DNA from: Blepharisma stoltei ATCC 30299
Taxonomy: Eukaryota; Protista; Ciliophora
Direction: 5' to 3'
Length of the DNA: 64,000 nucleotides
Assembly: GCA_965603825.1 (NCBI GenBank)
Contig: CBFDEM010000034.1
Location: forward strand, 310,001-374,000
How positions within the stretch are numbered: position 1 is the stretch's first letter; every line of letters begins with the position of its first letter. This document shows positions 1 to 13,116 of the stretch, one piece after another. The notes below the pieces were generated by a model, which was given only the letters and a program-made list of their open reading frames with translations, was not told where the DNA came from and did not search any database. The position numbers were made by a program, and so were the translations under genes.

Positions 1-2853
1 GTAGCTTTCTGGCTGCAACATTAAAAGCCTGTTTTGATCTTGCTGCTGAAGAGCTCCTGCTTTCATACCTTTAAATACTTGTAGCAAAGCTTCTCTGTAT
101 ATTTTTGATTTGTGAGAATCAGACAAAAGTATCCCTAAAACTGATAAAAGTGGTGGAAGAAGCTTGGACCTTTGATATATATTTTTCAGCATTATATCTC
201 CCAACATATCACGATACGCAGGATTTTCACTAAAAACCAGCTCAGAAATCAGCAGCAAATGTTTCGCTTTCAAAAAATGCTTGTTTTCGCTCCTTCTTAT
301 AACTGAAAAAATTCCTTTCAAAGCCTGTATCCTATACGCATCTTCTTCAGCTTTGCTAAACAAATGTTTCAGCTTAAACTCCCCAGGGTTAACAATAAAA
401 CTTCTTATATATTTTTCCAGCTTAAAGCACAATTTTATCAAAATTTTATAAATATCCTGCGCATTCATCACCCCTGGCCCATCAAATTTCCCATGTACAG
501 CCCATGCTACCAGAAGTCTTATCCCTTCAATTTTCGCCTGGGCTATTTCTGATATAATTTCGTCATCTTTTCCTGAGGGAGAATGCATTACAAGCAGCTC
601 ATTTATTGTGAATTTTAAAGCGGTGTTACTATAGTCAGAAAATCCGTCTGGGCAATTTAAAATAATTTCTCTTAAAGCTGCTAAGTGGGTGATAAGCAAT
701 GATGGGTTTTCTGAGGTAACAAGTAACTTAGGGACTATAGAATCAAGCAAAGCGACCTGAATAAAATTGTTAGGCATTGAAGTAGCTGCAAGCTTGCTAG
801 CGGCTTTGGCTTCTTCTACGGTGCCTCTTACACACATTTGGCGTAATATAAGCTGCAGGTCGCTTTTTTGCTTTTGGGTGAGTCTGATATTCCCTAAAAT
901 GCTGCATAGTAAATCTAGGAGTGGAGATTTATCAGCACATTCGTCTAAAAGTTCGAGGATTTGAGGAATAAATGGAATCACGATATCTGCGTAGGCTTGG
1001 CCGATATTTCTTAAAAGCTGCAAATTGTCTGGGTCATTGTTTATCAACATAGATACATAATTAGCACAAATTATTGTGTCTCCACATTTTGCTCTTAATT
1101 GATTGATTAACCCTTGTATACTCTCGCTTTGTTTTTCTGCTAATTTTTTTAAATTAACCATTGCATTTAATTTTGTTGAATTATCAGCTGGAGCACATAA
1201 GACTTTAAAACAGTCAGAAATTTCTTCATTTTTCAATAAGTTGCTTAATGCTGAACTATGCTGAATTTTGTTTTCTTTTATTAAGGTTGAGCTCAGCGGA
1301 TCTTTAATGTGTCCATTAAAAATTCCAATTAATTCTTCAATTTCTGCTGGATTTTGGGAATGTAGGATGACTGCAAGTTTGTTTCCTCAAAATTGCTTTG
1401 ACTGAATAATGCTGCTGAATATAGGCCGAGTCTCAAAACTTAAATCTTTATAAAGCCCAACAAGAGCTAAAAAATGGTTATCCTTTAGTGTAGATAAAGG
1501 AAGAATTATGTCTTCAATTGTATTAACAATAATAACTTGATCTTCTTCAGTGCCTATATCTTTATAAGCTTTTATAATATGGTTTGGGATAATAGAATAA
1601 ACACTTTCTTTTCATGGGCTTAACGCATAGTGAAAAACTGCTTCATTATAATATATATTAGCTAAATATTTTATTGCTAAATTTCTGATTTGTTCTTTTT
1701 TGTCTTTAATTCGTTCACATATTCTTTCCAATACTTTTTTAGGCAGAATTATATATTTAGAGCATTCACAAATAATTTTTACGGCTAGCTTTCTGACTTT
1801 GTCACTTTTATCTCGTAGACGGTCTCCTGTGCATTTTAAAATTAAGTCAATTAAATCTTGTTTATCTCGATTATTTTTTACAAATTTTGGGACTGCATTT
1901 ATAACGATTTCTCTAGCATTTTCAGTTTGATCATCGAATTTTTTTAAGTATTCTTTAAATAAATGAGAATGCAAGGTAGGGAGGACTGATTTTTTGGCTG
2001 ATGCTAGTTTTCCAACCAGTTCAATAACTTTGTTTCCAATTTTTGCATCATTCATAAGCTCTGATAAAGAGCTTAGTAAGGTCAAAATGAAATCTGAATT
2101 AATTTTAAATAGTCTGTAGGCTATTGAAAATTTATTGCTTCCTATCATTTGTGCAGTTTTGCATTCTTTTGATGAAATAAACAGTTTATATATATAATCA
2201 TTTACAGCTTGTTTTATTTCTGATGGTAAATTTTGCAGAGCCATTTTGACTACCTTCATTCTTGGCTTTTTAGAATAAGAGTCAGCTAGTGAGGAAATGA
2301 CTGGGTATATTTGATTTTCTTTTACATCGTGAATTTCGTCAAACGTTGTAATGATTATCATGCTTATAGCAATTTCTTCAGAATGCCCGATTTCTTTAGG
2401 GATATTTTCAAGCAATGATTGGATTAGTTTGATGGCTATGTCTATGCATTTTGATTTTATTGCAATTGCCATTGCCCCTGTTTCTCCAATTACAGATATC
2501 ATATGCATAATTTGTGCAAAAGTGGGCTCATTATGGTCTTTTAAAAATTTTGCCACTCTTTCAAACAGCTCAAAAGCTTTTTTCACTTGTTTTTCTTTAT
2601 AAATTGGACTTGGTGCAACAATTCTTAAAATATCAGCTATACAGCAACCTATTATTAGCTGAAGTTCACTGTATTCTATTTCAGAAATCTCAATAAGTTT
2701 GTTCGCTAAATTTTTAAATCCATTGACACTTGTGGGGCTTTGTGGAGACTCCGCCAAAGCTTTACTCAGATTTTTCAGCCTAATAGTGAGTTCATCAGTC
2801 TCTAGATCTTTACTTAAGTACTGCCCGCTTAAATATGATTCATCAATATCCAT
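1..2853 (-). CDS. PDS5: Sister chromatid cohesion protein PDS5 (HEAT repeats), 3'-partial, runs off window start
   Basis: N-terminal 'LIIGCCIADILRIVAPSPIY' resembles the PDS5 CCLADIxRxxAPxxPY motif; HEAT 'RLRDKSDKVRKLAV', 'ERIKDKKEQIR'. Frame continues through TGA (1612-1614, ~1387-1389) and is still open in the same frame at 1-90 (…LLMLQPESY). Confidence 0.82.
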
Positions 2854-2973
2854 TTTAAATTTACCTCCTTTAAGTTTAACTATTTATAATACTCTATATA
2901 TTTTAATCTGGCGAAGGCTTATATCTAAATTATAATAAAAATTTTTACAGACTGAGCTTATAGGTATAGCTTA

Positions 2974-4041
2974 TTAAAATATTTCACATTTAGATTTCTT
3001 TTTTTCCTGCACTTTATTTTCTGCAGTTTTCGACCTTTCAATTGGCTTAGGCTCGGCTTTCTCTAAATCTGTTTTTCCAAATGTTTGGGCCCGATTATTA
3101 ATTGGGTTGTGTTTTGTTTCTTCTACTTGTGGTCTTTTAGGGACTTTTGAATGCAAATTATGAGCATTTCAATCGAAAAAATAGTCGTATTCGAAGCCTT
3201 CTTGTAAAAATAGGTCTCTGAATAGCCTTCGTAGGTAAGCATAGTCAGGTGCTTCTTCAAATTTCAAGTTTCTGCAATAACTTATATAAATAGAAAATTC
3301 TCTAGGAAACCCTTCACATAGCACTTCTATTGACGTGCTCATTTTACTTTCTTTTATTTTCTGGTATTTTTCTTCTTTTCCTCTTGCCGAAATCCCTTGC
3401 CACGGCAATGCCCCTCTCAAAAAATACATAATTACATATCCAATAGCCTCCAAATCATCTCTTCTGCTTTGTTCAATTCCTACATGTGCATTAATAGACG
3501 CATATCTTGCAGTCCCAGTCAAACTTTTTCCTTCCACATATGGGATATGTTTTTGTGTCTTAAAGTCTCGGTATTTTTTTGCCAGCCCAAAATCAATGAT
3601 ATGGACAATACTATTTCTCTTGCCAAGTCCAATTAAAAAATTATCGGGCTTTATATCTCTGTGTATAAAGCTTTTTGAATGGACGTATTCTACTCGACAA
3701 ATAAGCTGATCTGCTAGCATAAGCACAGTTTTCAAGCTAAATCTGCGGTTGCAGAGGCTGAAAAGATCTTCTAAACTTGGCCCTAGAAGGTCCATCACCA
3801 TGACGTTGTAGTTTGCTTCTGCTCCATATCATAAAACCCCTGGGAGACCTGGGCCTCCTTGTAATAGCTTTATAAGCTTGCTTTCGTAAATTAATTGAGG
3901 GTGCCGAGTATTCATGTTTTCAAGCTTGATGGCGACTTCGCTATTTGTCTGGATATCAGTTCCTATGAAAATTTCGCCGAATGAGCCACTGCCGATTTTT
4001 TTGCCGATTTGATACCTGCCTCCTATACGAATGTCATGCAT
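2974..4041 (-). CDS. CK1: Casein kinase 1 (delta/epsilon-like), 355 aa
   Basis: Three ORF-track pieces in one frame joined by TGA=Trp at conserved 'V[L]WYG' (3829-3831) and 'YFFDW' (3169-3171); [41 protein letters not shown] motifs; ends TAA. Confidence 0.97.
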
Positions 4042-4436
4042 ATTTAATTTCTTTTCTGCTATATTTTTGACTATTTAAGCATTTAATTGAGATCACTTTA
4101 TGGTATTTTTGAAAAAGATTAGATTAGAGCTATTTGGCTGAAAGAGAGCCAGTGGATGCTGATAATATATATATATATAAATATGTATCTTATTAAGTTA
4201 TCCTGAATATATGATAATCTGTGAATTTGGAATAATAAATAGGCAAATATATAAAATAAGAAAATAATGCTAATTAGATTTTAGAAACCAAGCTAATTTC
4301 CTCTTGATGGAATTTTAATAGATAAATAAATATTATGTTTAATAATTGCTATTAAAGAGTGATTAATTAAATCCAAGCATGCACCAGTACATATTTAAAT
4401 GAATTATTATCTTGCCAGCTATAGACAGTCAGCTGC

Positions 4437-4442
4437 AAAAAA
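4437..4442 (-). terminator. RNA polymerase III terminator (T6) of the tRNA gene
   Basis: Six Ts on the minus strand immediately after the tRNA discriminator base. Confidence 0.7.
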
Positions 4443-4516
4443 TGCTCCCAGCGAGGCTCGAACTCGCGACCTTTGGCTCATAAGACCAATGCTCTAACCA
4501 ACTGAGCTACGGGAGC
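4443..4516 (-). tRNA. tRNA-Ile(UAU), intronless
   Basis: GCTCCCGTAGCTCAGTTGGTTAGAGCATTGGTCTTATGAGCCAAAGGTCGCGAGTTCGAGCCTCGCTGGGAGCA folds into a full cloverleaf; anticodon loop CT-TAT-GA; GTTCGA T-loop; no encoded CCA. Confidence 0.95.
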
Positions 4517-4870
4517 TTCCACAAGAGTGCTGAAACAGCCGATATTTATGGTGATTTAAAATTAATTATGGTACAATAATTTCAATTATTAAAAAGACCT
4601 ATAAATTTTTATTAATTTCTGATAGGCGTCCTAGTTAACTTAAAATTTTTATTTATTTTTATTTTCAGTTTTTCTTTATATTGATAAAGTTTAATTATAT
4701 AATAACGATTCCTCTTATTATTCTATGCAAATAATTTAAATATATGAGCCATCACACACAAGTGCTGAAAGAAAATTTTTTAAAAAATAAATAATAGTTC
4801 AGATTATCATTAATTACTTAAATTTAAGTTTTAATTATTTTTATATTAATAAATTTAAAATAAATTTGAT

Positions 4871-5780
4871 ATGCATTCAAGAGCAGAACAAAAAAGATCA
4901 AAAGAAGGAACTCCACTTAGCTACTCTATTTGATCGTTTAGTCAATTGTAAATTCTATTATAGAGATGAAGCCAAAAGAGGTGGAACAGCTCCAGGTCCT
5001 TCAGAAAAGAATTTCTCTTACCCAAAAAAACTTCCAGCCAGCTCTCACAAGTTTACAGTGAATTCTATAAACTCTCCAATCCTCCCACAAAGTAGCAAAT
5101 TTTCTATGCGAGGGTCTGGCTGAAACTCCTCAGATATCCGAGCCCCTGTAAAATTGCTAACCATAAGGCGAGAAAATCCTAAACTCAGCACTTTAAAACC
5201 CCCAGAAGATCTAAAAAGGCCATTAACTATCAGTTACCAAGTCCCAGAAATTACAAAACTTAATGAAAACAAAAAGCATAGGCCTCCTCCAAAACACAAA
5301 ACCCCTCCAAAAGCGCTTAATTTATATCTGCCAGCTGGCAGCTGTACCCCACCTGAAGAAATTGCTACAAAAGACATGTTTGAAAAAACATGGTCTATCT
5401 GCCCAAAAGAGCCAGAACACAATGAGCCACAATATTCCGACCGAAAAACGACAGAATCCCCTACATTTAAGCATGCCTGAGATGAAGGTGTAACAAGGCC
5501 AAAAACCCAAAACGAAAAAACAAGGAGAATGCGCCTTTTAGCAGCTCAAGAAAAAGTGCAGCCATTATTCGGAAACGACATAATAAAAAATCCTGACAAA
5601 TTATACGAAGTTCCTATCATTTTAAATAGAGACGAAAAATACACCCGACGAATTTTTAGCGCCCACATAATAGAAACAAACAGTCCAAAATCCAAGCCAG
5701 CTTCTTATAAAACCGTGAAAGCTGCTTTTCAATCATCTTTAGATGGTGATTTTTTAAACCTTTTTGAGTCAACATCATAA
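4871..5780 (+). CDS. Hypothetical Pro/Lys/Ser-rich protein, one 16-nt intron
   Basis: ATG 4871; removing intron 4948-4963 joins the frame shared by ORF pieces 4866, 5154 and 5529, which are linked by TGA codons; ends TAA. Confidence 0.7.
4948..4963 (+). other. 16-nt spliceosomal intron
   Basis: GTAAATTCTATTATAG; removal restores the reading frame. Confidence 0.75.
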
Positions 5781-5859
5781 AAAATGCAATAATAATTTGA
5801 TGTAGATATTTAATAAATATTATTCCTCCTTATTGAAGAATTTAAAAATCTAGCATCAT

Positions 5860-7260
5860 TTAAAATGTGTAGCCTGCAAGTCCACACCAGAACATGATGA
5901 ATCCCATGATACCAATCAAGGTCATTATTATCATCACAGCCCAACAGATGAACAAGTCAGGCCTGGTCCATTTACCGGGCTTGGCTTTCATGTAGAACAT
6001 GCATGGCAAAATAAAGCAGATGATTGGATTGGACACTGACCCCAAAAGTGTAAGGACAAGCGCGATATTTGGAATAATCAATGCAAGTCCCATTCCAGAA
6101 AACACCAAAATTGTGACAAGGATTAAGTAATTTCTCTTTGGGTACTCTTTACCCTTATAAATCAACGACAACGTCGCATCCCTACACGGATGCATCAACA
6201 AAGGTGCTCCACAAAGCACTGTTATAAACATCGTAAACGAGCTCTATATAGATCTTACAATGATAACTGGGACATTTCCATGAGGATATTTGGCACTCAA
6301 TATATTGCTGGGAAAGTTATCTAACCCATGATACTCCTTATAGAAAGTTAAAAACCCAAAAACCCCGACTATGATATAAATTATCATCACAGTCACCAAC
6401 CCTCTCATTAAGAACTTGTAGCCTCGACCAGGGGTCCTTCTTTGCAGCTCTGTATAAATAAGCAACACATTGGGGTGACAAGTGTAAGCAAAGACCACCA
6501 ATGGACAAACCTCAAAAATGCTGTAGGCAGTAAACTCTGCCGGTGAAGCGTCTTCAAATCGATTGCCGATTTCATTTCGTCTGAGATCAAAAAACTCTGC
6601 TGTAACTACTATTGATAAATAAATGCAGGCTCCACAACTTAAAACTGATGTAAACCTAAGGACTGAAATCTTCTTAGCGATTGAAAGGGGGAAGACGATT
6701 GCCGTAGTAATTATGATTCCTCAAGCGTAATCACTGTCAAGAAGCCCTTCATTAATTCCTAATAATCGAAATGCGTGTGGTCCTAGGCTCTTAAGCAAAA
6801 CGACATAAGCTATATAAGTTCCGTAATTGTTAATAATCATATTAATTTCTGAAAACGTCCTCATCTTAGGGCCGTATAAGTGCTCACCAACACCTTCATA
6901 TGTAGGAACTTTTGTTAAGTCTGATACTATAACTAACAATTGGCATGTATAAAGACTCACAATAAACCCTGCAATAAAAAGAAAGATACCCATATATAGC
7001 CCAGCTAAATTTATTGCATAAGGCAGGGTCAAAATTCCTGCTCCAATAGTGGAAGCTATGATTGTGAAAACGCTGCCCTTTAGAGATCCAGGGCTGAATT
7101 TCTTTTCTATTAATCTTTTCGGAGCTCCAAAGACTCTGGCGATTTTTTGCCGTGGAGACATTGGACCAATTGAGTCCATTTCTCTCGTAGTCTCGTTGTC
7201 TCTCATACTTAAATGCTCTAATTGTTTTTGGTCTTCTTCTAATAAGAACACTTCACCCAT
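5860..7260 (-). CDS. Amino acid transporter (Aa_trans / SLC38-like), one intron
   Basis: 'SVFTIIASTIGAGILTLPYA', 'FAYTCHPNV', 'CFILPCMFY' motifs and many TM helices; TGA=Trp at 6721-6723; intron 6244-6258. Start at 7260 (MGEVF) inferred. Confidence 0.9.
6244..6258 (-). other. 15-nt intron
   Basis: GTAAGATCTATATAG; contains the in-frame TAG interrupting the transporter. Confidence 0.85.
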
Positions 7261-7583
7261 CTTAATTATTTCACCATGAGAAATAACACTCAATTACGTC
7301 ATAGCATTAGGGGTTTTAATGCATTTGATACAAAAAAAGAGTTATTTATCTTTCGCTTTTAATAGGACTTATGCCTTGGGTTGCGGTGAAGCTAACATAA
7401 TTTTTAAGAAAAAATAAGGATAATTTTTATCAGGCCGGATCAGAACGTTATAATCTAGATTAAATTTAAACCAAATACAAGAAAATCAAAATATTTACAT
7501 TAAAAAAACAGAAATAATGCTCTTTTTGGTTTAAAAGTTTGCCGCGGACAGTTTTTATTCATATCACCATTTTAATTATTTCA

Positions 7584-10500
7584 ATGAATAAAAGAACCGG
7601 AGTTGACACTTCAGTCAACTTGGACGAAACTACTAATGAAACCCAAGACTTAAGACCTCCAGAAAACCCAAATAATAGAAGAAGATCACGTATCTCTCAA
7701 ATGCATATTGATACAAGGAGACATTCAAAGCTTTCAACCACTTCAGTATCATCAATCGGTGAAAATCTGAAAAATAGTAAATCCTATACAGATAACCCTG
7801 TCCTTAAGAAAAAGAACAACTCAATGCCTACTATTATTTTACTGAAACTAACAGGCTCAATCTTCCAAGCAATTTTAACTGTTTTTGCTTGTATAGTTTA
7901 TGTTATGAGCACATATATAGGAGATGAGCAAACAATGTTTTTTAACTCACTAGAGCTCGCAATTGCAATATTATTTACAATAGATTATATCCTTGGGTTT
8001 ATTACTGCAATAGATAAAAAGAAATTTATGCTGAAACCTCTTAATATCATTGACATTGTTATTATTCTCCCAGTTTACATCACTCTTTTAAGTGTAAAAC
8101 ACATTTAGCCTTCATCACATAGCTCTTTGACGTTTACTAGGTTTATCCGTGTCGTTAGAGTTATCAGAATCTTAAGATTATACAGACTTTTTGCAGTAAA
8201 ATTTATTTAGTTATCAAAAGCTGAAGACCAGCCACAAGGAGGCTTTGTGATACAGTCTTCAGAAGTAGCCAGACAAATAATGATAGCGATTTTAACAGTT
8301 TTTACCTTGATTTTTATATCTGCAGGAGTAGTGCTGGCACTACAAAATACCAATGATTTTCAGATCACTTTGCCAGTTCCAGGTGAAACTATGACTTTTG
8401 AAAAGGCATTATATTTTATTATAATTACAACTTCAACTGTCGGGTATGGAGATATGAGTCCATCTACTAAGCTTGCTAGAGCTATCATAGGTCTTTATAT
8501 CATTATTGCTGTCATCATTATGACTCAACAAACTTCAAAGCTCGGCGAGCTCATGAAAAATAGTTCTCCTTACAAAAATCCTTATAAAACAGAACCAGGC
8601 AAGCACATTGTAGTAACTGGAAAGTTCAATGCTACCACCCTTTATAGGTTCTTAAAAGAGCTTTACCACCCTGATCATGACATGCCAATGACCGAATGCA
8701 AAGTTTTAATTGTAAACTCAGAGCCTCCAAGCAAAGATATTTTAGCTATCTTAAACCATCCTATGTATGAAGAAGCTGTAAAATACCTAGAAGCTGATTT
8801 TATGGGCGAAGAAACGTTAAAGAGTGCAGCAATTGATATAAGTCGAGGAGTTGTAGTCCTGACAAACCAATATGAAGACGAAATCGCTAATCAAGACGTC
8901 AATGCTATATTAGCGTCTAGTGCTGTTAAAGAATTTTCAGCTGAAACTCCAGTCTTTCTTCAGCTTGTCAGACCTGATTTGCTTATGCATCACTATTGGG
9001 CAGGTTGGGAAACTGGATTCAGCACTTGGAAATTTAAACTTTCTATGCTGTCTGCCAATGCATTTACACCTGGCTTTAGCACTTTGCTATCAAATTTAAT
9101 GATTTCTTCCTCTGGGATAATGAAAAAAGAATGCTTTGGAAATCATTGGGTAACTGAATACATTGCAGGGCTCTCTAACGAAGTTTACTACTACAAATTT
9201 CCAAAGCATTTAATAGGAGCAAAATACACAGACGTCGTCAAAGCATTTTATTTCAAAAATGGCTCATTGATTATAGGCATCCAAACTAAATTAAATGACG
9301 CTACAGAAATTTTATTGAACCCTGTGGATTATTATATCAAAAAAAGTGACAGAGCTTTTATGATCGCTGAAGGCATTGAAGATGCAAAAGAAATTGAAGA
9401 ACTTGATATACATGAAATTGGAGTAGAGCCGGTTAAATTTGAAATGTTTGAGCAATTAAGACAGATGAAAACGCCACCACCGATAAAAAGTGTATATAAA
9501 CCTATTGAAGAAAGACATTTACTTATGTGGGGAACGGATTTGAGAGGGTCTGTATGGGATCATATTATTGTGTTTGGGAGACTTGAGCATTTAGAAATTT
9601 TATTGGAGACTTTTGCGAAAACTAGTAATCAATTGGTTTGTTATGTGTCTGATCAGCCTCCTGATAATAAATGAAAAAGAATTTCACAAACATATAGAGA
9701 CGCTCTGTACTTAGAATGCTCTTTTTCTGATGTAGAAGAGCTTTCACACACTGCAATAAGTTTTGCTTATCACACAATTTTATTAAGCAATAGAATTGAA
9801 GGTTCCACAATGGAAGATTCTGGTCTATTGCCACTTGTAGGCTTAATTGAAAAGAATTTTACTTGTAAATTCACTGTTGAATTAGTCGATGAAATTAATT
9901 TGAAATATTTAGATAAAAAGCCACGATCCGAGCTTGAAAATTTGCCATTTGTGGTGTGGCCAAGATATGCAGCATCTCATGTGTTTTTTTCGAGCGCTTT
10001 GGATTATATTATAGCTCAAGCTTTTCATAATAACATTTTAATCGATTTAGTGCAGCGCCTGATTGTATACGAAGATATGTTTGCAGAGCTTGGAATTGAT
10101 GAAAATTATAGGATAAATTCAATAGAGCTGCCAGAAAATTTATATGGTAAAATTACTTTTGGCGAAGTATTCAATTATTTAATAAGTCTTCAAAGACCTC
10201 TAGTCGCTTTAGGAATATACCGCAACACAGGAATATTAAATAATGAAACCCCTTATGTCTACACAAAACCAGATGCAAACACCCCAATTTTCCTTGGCGA
10301 TAAAATATTTGTAATGGGAGAGCTAGAAGACAGGGAGTCAAGTCCATACTTAAAAGACGTAAAAAATGTCAAAAGAAAAACAACTGTTATAGACTTCAGC
10401 AGAAAAAAATCAATCACAAAAAGAACGTCTTCTTTAACTATAAGGAAAAAAACAGTTGCCCAATCAGCCGTTCAGGTAGTTGAAGACGAGGTAAGAGACG

Positions 10501-10703
10501 AAACTCAACCTTTTACTGATGAAGAAATTATTAATATGGTGAGAAACCTTTTAGAAAAAACCAAAAAAGAAAGAGATATTATAAACGTAATTTTTATGCA
10601 GAGACAAAACGAAACTTTAATTAATTTAACAAGCGAGTACAACACCGTTCAGCAAATGCTGCAGGGGATGGATTTAGAGGAGGATGAAAATATAAGTTCA
10701 TAA
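7584..10703 (+). CDS. Calcium-activated BK/Slo-family potassium channel (6TM plus RCK domains), 2-3 tiny introns
   Basis: S4 'TRFIRVVRVIRILRLYRL' lies between introns 8094-8108 and 8196-8210; pore 'TTSTVGYGD'; RCK 'KHIVVTG', 'PGFSTLLSNL', 'DHIIVFG'; TGA=Trp 9672-9674. Confidence 0.93.
8094..8108 (+). other. 15-nt intron
   Basis: GTAAAACACATTTAG, carries in-frame TAG. Confidence 0.88.
8196..8210 (+). other. 15-nt intron
   Basis: GTAAAATTTATTTAG, carries in-frame TAG. Confidence 0.88.
10587..10601 (+). other. Putative stop-free 15-nt intron
   Basis: GTAATTTTTATGCAG fits the consensus (A at position 10) but reads through as VIFMQ. Confidence 0.55.
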
Positions 10704-10918
10704 TAAATGCTTTAATAATGATTTAAGGTAAAAAAAATATTTATTTATAATAATTAATTTTTTCTGATAAAAATGACAATTATTTGATGATTTGCTTATT
10801 TATTTTTCTAATACTTAAATTCATGGATGACTTACTAATCGCAGTAAAAAAATAATCAAATTAGAATAAATTCGCAGAAAATCGATATTTAGTTATATAT
10901 TTTAGAAGAAAATATAAA

Positions 10919-12202
10919 ATGGAGCGCTCAGATATAAATCCTTTAGAAGAAATAAAAGTTGTCGAATATATTAAAGAAGATGTAATAGAAAATAATGAAC
11001 AGGAAATTCAGCCAACTTATCCTTCTATGGGAAAAATAGAAGTTAAATACCCAAGAGTTTCTAGTAATATTGGGAACTATGAGGAAGAAAAATCTGATTC
11101 GCGTATAAAAATATCTATCGTTGAGCATACCATTAAATCAGAGCTTCTATTAAAAGGTGTCTATTTTATTGTTAAAGGTCAAGACAGCTCAGGTACTTTT
11201 GAAAGTTCTAGAAAGTTCAAAGATTTCAGACTCTTAAGAGAGCATTTATCTAATTCATGGCCAGGGTGTTATATCCCTCCAGTCCCTCACAAGAAAAACT
11301 TGGTATTTTATATATAGGGCACAACACAACCCGAATTCATTGAGCATAGGAAAAAATTACTTAACTGATTTTTAGCTAAAATTTCGTCAATGAGTTATTT
11401 GTATGAGTCTCCTGAATTTCAAGAATTTATTCGAGGGAATTCAGAATATAGAAAAGTGGAATGAAAGAAAAGCAGCTATGACGAAATTTCTCAAAAATGT
11501 CAGAAAATATTTAAAGAATTTTCATCAGGCGAATATAATGAAAATCATGAAGCTATTATTGAAGAAGCAAATAATTATTTTAAGTCTGGAAAAAATATAT
11601 TAGAGAGGTTTGAACAAATTTGTAAAGCAAACACTGATTATTTTTACTATTTTGGAGCTTCTTTTTCACAGCTTTTTAGTGGATTTGTTGAAGTTGGCGG
11701 ATTTTATACAGAAGCTTATGGAAGTCATCCATTGCATATTCATGTAAAAGAAAAGCCAGCAAATCCTTTTACTATGTTATTAGATTGAGTGAGATGGGAA
11801 ATAATTGATCTTGAAGCTATAATGGAAGCCATTTCCCGAGTAAAAGACCTTGAAAAAACCAAAATAAAATCCCAAGGAAAGCTTCAAAGCGAGCTCGTCC
11901 AATACCAAAAATTGCAAGCAGGCAGAAAATCAATTTCCCAAATTTTATCAATAAAATCTAAAGAACAAAATTTAAAAAACCTCCAAGGCAGCACCATCAA
12001 CCTAGAAGCAGAAATCGACGCTTTATCAGTCCTCCAAAAAATCTGCACCTCAAGATTTGTTTCTGTAGATCTCCCTGCATTTAAAAAGCAAAAATCAAAA
12101 AAATACGAGCTCATCTTGCGATCATTTACAAAATCTTCAGTCAGTGAATTCCAACAAATTATCCTACAAACAAAAGAAATTGAAGATAATTTAAATAGTT
12201 AA
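10919..12202 (+). CDS. PX-domain sorting nexin (PX plus BAR-like coiled coil), one intron
   Basis: PX signature 'RKFKDFRLLREHLSNSWPGCYIPPVPHK … FIEHRKKLLNWFL … SPEFQEF'; intron 11303-11317; several TGA=Trp; same frame to TAA 12202. Confidence 0.87.
11303..11317 (+). other. 15-nt intron
   Basis: GTATTTTATATATAG, carries in-frame TAG inside the PX domain. Confidence 0.88.
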
Positions 12203-12263
12203 AAATTAAAAAAAATATTTTCTTATAAAATTTCATAATTGGGGGCCAAAAATAATTTCGCAA

Positions 12264-12827
12264 ATGAATGAGAATTTTATAGTAGAGCAAATAGATATCT
12301 CTGAGTCGCAACAGAATAATACTAATACAAGCGAAAAGAACCCAAGCGATTTAATCAATGAATTATTAATGTCAGAAATGTTTGATGAAATGTATACAGG
12401 AGACAATTTTCTTATTAATCAGACTTTGTGTGACCGATGTAAAGAATCAATTGAAAAAAATAGGAAAATTACTTATGAAAAAGAAATACAGACTGATATA
12501 GAGCTGCCTCAGAAAAGAGCTAGGGAAGAGATACCGTGTGAGAGACTGAATAAAGATATTGTTGAGATAGGGGGTAGAAATGGAGAGGTTTTTGATATAA
12601 CAAGTGTGCCAGTCGCAAGGACGCTTGTTAGACCACCTCCAGCTGCTTTGCAATCTTTTTCGATGATGCCCCCAACGCTGAATTATATGCCTTATAACCC
12701 TTTGAATCGCCCTTATATGCCAACTATTCCACTTCAGCAAAGGCCGACGTTTTCTACAAAATATCCAGAAAAGCATGTACCTCTTCGAGGTGATATTCTT
12801 AATCCTGACTATAGTTATTTTCCCTAA
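12264..12827 (+). CDS. Hypothetical protein, Pro-rich C-terminus
   Basis: 187-aa ATG..TAA ORF with coding-like composition between AT-rich spacers. Confidence 0.7.
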   Translation: MNENFIVEQIDISESQQNNTNTSEKNPSDLINELLMSEMFDEMYTGDNFLINQTLCDRCKESIEKNRKITYEKEIQTDIELPQKRAREEIPCERLNKDIVEIGGRNGEVFDITSVPVARTLVRPPPAALQSFSMMPPTLNYMPYNPLNRPYMPTIPLQQRPTFSTKYPEKHVPLRGDILNPDYSYFP

Positions 12828-13116
12828 AGTATTTAAAATAATTGCTTTAAAAATAAGTAGCTTAATTAATTTTACTTTTTAATTAACAATATTTCAATTT
12901 GAGGAAAATGAATTTACCGTATTATAAAATTTTTTTAATTAATTATTCAAAGGGAAAATGCAAAGTGATATAGGCATAAAATGTGGTGAAATAATATAAT
13001 ATAAAAATTTCAATTTGATAAATATTCTTTTTTATAAATCAATTGGTGAAGGCCATATAAAGAAGATATGAGTTCATAAATTATTTAATTATTATAATAA
13101 TTTGTCTCATTATTGA

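Noticed and set aside
364-2935. Plus-strand ORFs over PDS5, and similar antisense ORFs over CK1, NDUFV1, DHFR-TS, STAG, the PA14 gene and the array
   Set aside because: Antisense or alternate-frame shadows of well-supported genes, with no motifs of their own.
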